A DNA stretch of 64,000 nucleotides, taken from the NCBI GenBank assembly GCA_041653115.1, contig JBAZGA010000002.1, positions 27,243 through 91,242 of the forward strand, read 5' to 3'. Below the pieces are notes generated by a model. The model saw only the letters and a list, made by a program, of their open reading frames with translations, made no database searches and had not been told where the DNA came from. The translations under genes were made by a program, and so were the position numbers. This stretch comes from Candidatus Omnitrophota bacterium (GTDB taxonomy: Bacteria > Omnitrophota > Gorgyraeia > Gygaellales > Profunditerraquicolaceae). Shown one piece after another: positions 59,293-64,000 of this stretch (its first letter is position 1; every line of letters begins with the position of its first letter).

Positions 59293-61500
59293 TTATAGGC
59301 TAACCTGTTTTTCCAGGGATTTATGCCAGGCCTTGGACAAATCTTCCAGAGGTAAGGCAATCGGTTTTCTCTTACCGTTTAAAACAACCAGCTTTTTGCC
59401 GCCGGTTTTACCGATGACGCGCAAAGGCGCTTTGTATTTATCGGCAATCTTTCTTATCTTAGGGACAGAGCTGTTCTTGCAAGAAAGAATAATTCTGGAT
59501 TGAGATTCGCCAAAGAACAAGGCATCGGGCCTGATCTCAAAAGTTAAATTATCAATCACCGCTCCCAGCAGATTATCCCTATCCGAAATACAGCTCTCGG
59601 CTAATGCGACAAGTAAGCCCCCTTCCGCGCAATCATGCGCCGAGCTGACCAATCCTTTGCTTATCGCCTCCCTGGCTGTTTTCTGCACTGCTTCTTCTAA
59701 ATATAAGTCTAATTCCGGGGCATCGCCCCTGACGGTTTTATGGATTTCTTTTAAATAACCGCTGCCCCCCAGCTCTTCTTTAGAGACTCCCAAAAGAACG
59801 ACCGCCTCATTTTCTTTTTTAAAATACTGGGTGCAGATTTTTTTGGCGTCCTGGATAATCCCGATCATGCCGATAGCGGGCGTGGGGAAAATTGCGCCCT
59901 GCGGGCTCTCATTATAAAAAGAGACGTTACCGCTGACAACCGGAAGATTGAAAAACTGGCAGGCGGAGGTTATCCCTTCTACGCAATGCTTGAATTGCCA
60001 AAATCTGTCCGGCTTTGTGGGATTTCCGAAATTAAGGCAGTCGGTAACCGCGGCCGGCTCTGCGCCGGCGCAAACCAGGTTTCTCGCTGCTTCTGCCACG
60101 GCAATCTGCGCTCCCCGGTAAGGATTTAAATAACAATAGCTGCTATTGCAATCCGTAGTCGCGGCAATGGCTTTCCTGGTGCCTTTTAGCCGCAAGACCG
60201 CTGCATCCGACCCGGGCAAAACTAGGGTATTAGTCTGTACCATATGGTCATATTGCCGATAAGCCCATTCCTTGCTGGCGATGGAAGGCGAGCCTAATAA
60301 CTTCAGGAGGACCTGATTATAATCTTTTGGCTCGGCAAGCCGATGCAGGTCCAGACGATTCACCGTTTCTAAATAATCCGGTTTTACGCAGGGTACTTCG
60401 TAAAGCGGGGCGCTGGTCAAGTCATCGGCTTTAACTTCTGCCACGACTTTTCCTTTATGCTTTATGCGCACTAAACGGCCCCCGGTAACCTTGCCGATAA
60501 GCGCGGCATTCAACCCCCACTTGGAAAAAATCTTCTCAATTATCTTTTCTTTTCCTTTCTTGACGCATAAGAGCATCCTTTCCTGCGACTCCGACATCAT
60601 AATTTCCCAGGGGGCCATGTTTTTTTCGCGCAGCGGCACCCCTTTCAGCTCGATTTCTATTCCCGTATGGCCGCTGGAAGCCATTTCGCTGGAGGCGCAG
60701 GTAAGCCCGGCCGCGCCCATATCTTTAATTCCCGTCACATATCCCGTAGCGAGGGCTTCCAGGGTCGCTTCAATCAAACATTTCTCGGTAAAAGGATCTC
60801 CGATCTGGACAGTCGGCCTTTTTTCCTCACCCCTCTTGAATTCCTTGGAAGCCAGGATACTGCAACCTCCGATACCGTCTCTGCCGGTAGAAGAACCGGC
60901 ATAAATAATGGAGTTACCGCTGCCCTTGGTGCGCGCCCGGCTGAGCTTATTCTTTTTAGCTGTTCCGATACACATTACGTTGACCAGACAATTGCCGTTA
61001 TAGCTCTGATCAAAGTATATTTCGCCGCCTACCGTCGGGACTCCCAGGCAATTGCCGTAAAATTGTATCCCGTCCACTACGCCGCGCATCAGGTATTTAT
61101 TATAAGGTTCGCTTAAGCTGCCGAAACGCAAAGAATCCAGCAGGGCGATCGGCCTGGCTCCGGCAGTAAAAATATCCCGGATAATCCCTCCCACGCCGGT
61201 TGCCGCGCCCTGTTTGGGCTCAACTTGCGAAGGGTGATTGTGGCTTTCCATCTTAAAGACAATCGCCAAATCATCAACGATAATCCCGCCTGAATCTTCG
61301 CCGATCAGCGTCGGGTATTTCCCGGTTTTAGGTAAAAGCTGCAGCATTCTCTTAGAATGGATATAGCCGCAATGCTCGGACCACTCCACGGAAAACATCG
61401 CTAATTCCGTAAGCGAAGGCTCACGGCCGATAAGAGCGGTGATTTTCTGATATTCGTCCTGGCTTAAACCCAAAGCTTGGCAATTATTCGGGGTCGTCAT
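59293..61500 (-). CDS. purL: phosphoribosylformylglycinamidine synthase subunit PurL
   Basis: 735 aa small-PurL type with duplicated AIR-synthase-related domains. Confidence 0.9.
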   Translation of the reverse strand: MTTPNNCQALGLSQDEYQKITALIGREPSLTELAMFSVEWSEHCGYIHSKRMLQLLPKTGKYPTLIGEDSGGIIVDDLAIVFKMESHNHPSQVEPKQGAATGVGGIIRDIFTAGARPIALLDSLRFGSLSEPYNKYLMRGVVDGIQFYGNCLGVPTVGGEIYFDQSYNGNCLVNVMCIGTAKKNKLSRARTKGSGNSIIYAGSSTGRDGIGGCSILASKEFKRGEEKRPTVQIGDPFTEKCLIEATLEALATGYVTGIKDMGAAGLTCASSEMASSGHTGIEIELKGVPLREKNMAPWEIMMSESQERMLLCVKKGKEKIIEKIFSKWGLNAALIGKVTGGRLVRIKHKGKVVAEVKADDLTSAPLYEVPCVKPDYLETVNRLDLHRLAEPKDYNQVLLKLLGSPSIASKEWAYRQYDHMVQTNTLVLPGSDAAVLRLKGTRKAIAATTDCNSSYCYLNPYRGAQIAVAEAARNLVCAGAEPAAVTDCLNFGNPTKPDRFWQFKHCVEGITSACQFFNLPVVSGNVSFYNESPQGAIFPTPAIGMIGIIQDAKKICTQYFKKENEAVVLLGVSKEELGGSGYLKEIHKTVRGDAPELDLYLEEAVQKTAREAISKGLVSSAHDCAEGGLLVALAESCISDRDNLLGAVIDNLTFEIRPDALFFGESQSRIILSCKNSSVPKIRKIADKYKAPLRVIGKTGGKKLVVLNGKRKPIALPLEDLSKAWHKSLEKQVSL

Positions 61501-62171
61501 CTTTTATTTTGCAAATACTCCAGCATTGATTTAAATATAAGGAGCCCGTCCCGAGAACCCAATGCTTCTTCTGCGCTTCTTTCCGGATGCGGCATCATCC
61601 CCAGGACATTCCCTTCCCGGTTAATGATGCCGGCGATATTGTCTTGAGAGCCGTTGGGATTGAATTTGTAATACCTTAAGACAATCTGATTGTTCTGCTT
61701 TAATTCCTGCAAGCCCGCATCATCTATATAATAATTACCTTCGTTATGGGCGATAGGGATTTTTAAGATTTGCTCCGGCCGGCATAAATTGCTAAACGCG
61801 GTTTCGGTATTCTCTGCTTTTACAAGTACATACTTACAGATAAAATGCAGGTTTCTGTTCCTGAGCATCGCTCCCGGCAAGAGCCCGGCCTCGAGAAGAA
61901 TTTGAAAACCATTGCATATCCCGATGACTAACCCGCCTTGGGCGGCGAATTTATTTACCGCTTTCATTACCGGCGAGAAGCGCGCTACCGCGCCGGTCCT
62001 GAGATAATCGCCGTAACTGAACCCTCCCGGCAAAATCACCGCGTCAAAACCCGCCAGGTCGGTGCTCTGATGCCAGATATATTCAACCGGCTGCTTCAGG
62101 ACCTCCTTGATGACATAGAAACAGTCCTGGTCGCAGTTAGAGCCCGGGAAAATTACTACTCCAAATTTCAT
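61497..62171 (-). CDS. purQ: phosphoribosylformylglycinamidine synthase glutaminase subunit PurQ
   Basis: Start at [14 protein letters not shown] (4-nt overlap with purS); class I GATase Cys in GICNGFQ. Confidence 0.85.
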   Translation of the reverse strand: MKFGVVIFPGSNCDQDCFYVIKEVLKQPVEYIWHQSTDLAGFDAVILPGGFSYGDYLRTGAVARFSPVMKAVNKFAAQGGLVIGICNGFQILLEAGLLPGAMLRNRNLHFICKYVLVKAENTETAFSNLCRPEQILKIPIAHNEGNYYIDDAGLQELKQNNQIVLRYYKFNPNGSQDNIAGIINREGNVLGMMPHPERSAEEALGSRDGLLIFKSMLEYLQNKR

Positions 62172-62419
62172 TTTTCTTCTCTGAGTTTGAAAGTATATTC
62201 TTCGATGATGGGATTGGCTAACAACTTCTTGCACATTTCTCTGATTTCGCGCTCAGCCCGCTTTTTCTGCCGATAATTTAATGTAAGAGTAATCATCTTG
62301 CCGATCCTGGCCTCTTCCAATCCTTTATACCCTATTGACTCTAAGGCATGCTTGATGATTAAGCCCTGCGGATCGACTACGGTCTTCTTGAGAGTAATGT
62401 GAATCTCCGCTTTTAACAT
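62168..62419 (-). CDS. purS: phosphoribosylformylglycinamidine synthase subunit PurS
   Basis: 83 aa with typical PurS N-terminus (VVDPQG...E..GY). Confidence 0.85.
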   Translation of the reverse strand: MLKAEIHITLKKTVVDPQGLIIKHALESIGYKGLEEARIGKMITLTLNYRQKKRAEREIREMCKKLLANPIIEEYTFKLREEK

Positions 62420-62435
62420 AACCGCTCCTTATCTT

Positions 62436-62462
62436 AAAAAATAAAAAAGGCGCCTAGCGCCG
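62436..62462 (-). terminator. intrinsic terminator between gltD-like gene and purS
   Basis: Reverse strand reads GGCGCTAGGCGCC followed by TTTTTTATTTTTT, 20 nt before the purS SD (AAGGAG). Confidence 0.55.
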
Positions 62463-62522
62463 ATAGTTCGGCCTCTAAACGCCTTTGTTTGCTAAAGTAG
62501 TACTTACTTTGGACTACGTTTA

Positions 62523-62550
62523 AGTATAACATAAATTTTAATTAAGTCAA
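62523..62550 (-). promoter_or_regulatory. candidate sigma70 promoter upstream of the terminator/purS leader (-35 TTGACT, 16 nt, -10 TATACT)
   Basis: Reverse strand reads TTGACTtaattaaaatttatgtTATACT, starting 3 nt after the gltD-like stop. Confidence 0.35.
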
Positions 62551-62552
62551 TT

Positions 62553-63968
62553 TTAAATCATCGGCAAAAAAGATTCTCCCATCAGATAAGCGTCCAGATA
62601 ATGCGCTGCCTGCCTGCCCTCGGAGATTGCCCGGACAACCAGGGATTGGCCGCTGTGCATATCCCCGCAGGCAAATACTCCCTTTAGAGAGGTCATAAAA
62701 TCATTGCCTGTCTTTACGTTGCCGCGGCTATCTAATTCTATGCCTAATTCTTTAATCAGGCCTTTTTGCTCGGGATGTAAAAATCCCAGAGCGAGAATCA
62801 CTAAATCCGTCTCTATCTCGAATTCGCTTCCCGGCACTTCTTTCCCGCGCTCCACTCTCGCGCAGGATAATTTCCTGACAAAACCGTTTTCTCCGCTGAA
62901 TTTCTTCGTGGAAACCGCCCACTCCCGGATTCCGCCTTCCTCATGGCTGGTGGAAGTTTTTAATAATAACGGGTATATCGGCCAGGGATAATCATTGCTG
63001 CGGCATTCCGGCGGCCTGGGTAAAATTTCTATCTGCATAACGCACCCGGCACCCTGGCGCAGCGCCACGCCCACGCAATCGGCACCCGTATCCCCGCCGC
63101 CGATGACCACGACTTTTTTAGCCTTGACATCAATTAAGTCCTGCGCCATGATTTTTTCGCCGGCTGACCTTCTATTCGCCTGTGTAAGATAATCCATGGC
63201 AAAATGGATGCCCTTAAGCTCCCTTCCGGCAATCTTTAAATCCCGCGGCAGGCTTGAGCCTGCAGCCAGGCAAAAGGCGTCAAACTCTTTTTTCAAATCT
63301 TCTGCCTTTAAGTCTTTACCTATATATATGCCGGGATTAAATACGATCCCTTCTTTTTTTAATAGCTCGATTCTGCGCTCAAGGATTTGCTTGTTGAGCT
63401 TAAAATCCGGTATACCGTAGCGCAGGAGCCCGCCGATTTTATCCGCCTTTTCAAAAACGACTACCAAATGGCCGGCTTTATTCAACTGGTCGGCGCAGGC
63501 CAGGCCAGCCGGGCCCGAACCCACCACGGCAACCTTTTTGCCGGTCCTGATTTTCGGGGGCCGCGGCTTAAGCAGGCCGGCGGTAAAAGCCTGCTCGATT
63601 ATCGCCAATTCGTTTTCTCTAACAGTAACCGGATCGTCATTAATCCCCAAAACACAGGAATACTCGCATAGCGCCGGGCAAAGCCTGCCGGTAATTTCCG
63701 GGAAATTATTTGTCGCTGCCAAAAGCTCAAACGCCTCCTGCCAGCGGCCCCTGAAAACCAGATCATTCCATTCCGGGATATAATTCCCGACGGGACAGGC
63801 CCAGTGGCAGAAAGGAGTGCCGCAATCCATGCAGCGCGAGGATTGTTCTTCGGAAATACCTTTCTCCGGCAAGAGGCAAACTTCGCAGTAGTCCTTCAGC
63901 CTCTCGCAGACCGGCCGGTACTTTACCGTTTGCCGCTTGACTTTTAAAAAACCTTTTATATCACCCAT
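62553..63968 (-). CDS. NADPH-dependent glutamate synthase small-subunit-like FAD/NAD(P) oxidoreductase with N-terminal Fe-S cluster motifs (GltD/SudA family)
   Basis: N-terminal C..C...CP cysteine clusters, then two dinucleotide-binding motifs (VAVVGSGPAGLA, VVVIGGGDTGAD). Confidence 0.8.
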   Translation of the reverse strand: MGDIKGFLKVKRQTVKYRPVCERLKDYCEVCLLPEKGISEEQSSRCMDCGTPFCHWACPVGNYIPEWNDLVFRGRWQEAFELLAATNNFPEITGRLCPALCEYSCVLGINDDPVTVRENELAIIEQAFTAGLLKPRPPKIRTGKKVAVVGSGPAGLACADQLNKAGHLVVVFEKADKIGGLLRYGIPDFKLNKQILERRIELLKKEGIVFNPGIYIGKDLKAEDLKKEFDAFCLAAGSSLPRDLKIAGRELKGIHFAMDYLTQANRRSAGEKIMAQDLIDVKAKKVVVIGGGDTGADCVGVALRQGAGCVMQIEILPRPPECRSNDYPWPIYPLLLKTSTSHEEGGIREWAVSTKKFSGENGFVRKLSCARVERGKEVPGSEFEIETDLVILALGFLHPEQKGLIKELGIELDSRGNVKTGNDFMTSLKGVFACGDMHSGQSLVVRAISEGRQAAHYLDAYLMGESFLPMI

Positions 63969-64000
63969 CCAATACCTCTTGTAATTCAGGGACTTCTTCC

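Noticed and set aside
62420-62552. Purine or ZTP riboswitch upstream of purS
   Set aside because: Conserved cores (UUUCUACC / CCGUAAAU for purine; GGGUCG..CCGCCUGGGC for ZTP) are not present. Retained only as a generic attenuator-like leader.

Overview
The window is a gene-dense segment (about 90% coding) of a diderm bacterial chromosome. lpxB and an msbA-like exporter argue for an outer membrane; a 4-subunit pyruvate:ferredoxin oxidoreductase, ferredoxin and a ferritin-like protein argue for an anaerobic lifestyle. About 85% of genes are on the minus strand, in long co-directional clusters with overlapping stop/start codons. Recognisable content, right to left on the minus strand: gltD-like, purSQLF-pyrG, an HD-GYP phosphodiesterase with a 646-aa partner, DUF1846 plus a beta-CASP RNase, rpmA, M48 peptidase, a pilin, msbA, rpsB-tsf-pyrH-frr, a Lys-Leu-Gly tRNA cluster, ptsN-yvcK-ptsH-ptsI, PGI/PMI plus a nucleotidyltransferase, metK-ahcY, an orphan receiver domain, pfkA, an aldolase, ilvDBNC-leuA/cimA, aroE, pilD, malQ, ttcA, rmuC, pgeF, cobB, a thiol-redox trio (cutA/ccdA/tlpA-like), pncB, ybaB, porGDAB, ferritin-like, ferredoxin, hisG, a split transketolase, ispE, spoVG, tRNA-Gln and a partial glmU. 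On the plus strand only a PpiD-like chaperone and a Gfo/Idh/MocA oxidoreductase-lpxB pair are credible. No CRISPR array, mobile element or obvious defence system was found. Several near-consensus sigma70 promoters can be read directly, and three of them place the transcription start within 0-2 nt of the start codon, implying leaderless mRNAs. The most unusual items are (1) a translationally coupled pair in which an HD-GYP c-di-GMP phosphodiesterase and a large non-catalytic helical protein share the same ~110-aa N-terminal domain, (2) a DUF1846 (UPF0371) gene coupled to a beta-CASP RNase behind a 5' hairpin, (3) a pur operon leader in which a promoter sits upstream of an intrinsic terminator (attenuator-like), (4) a SpoVG carrying an inserted zinc ribbon, and (5) a candidate 33-aa hyper-basic (bS22-like) peptide gene hidden in an intergenic gap.
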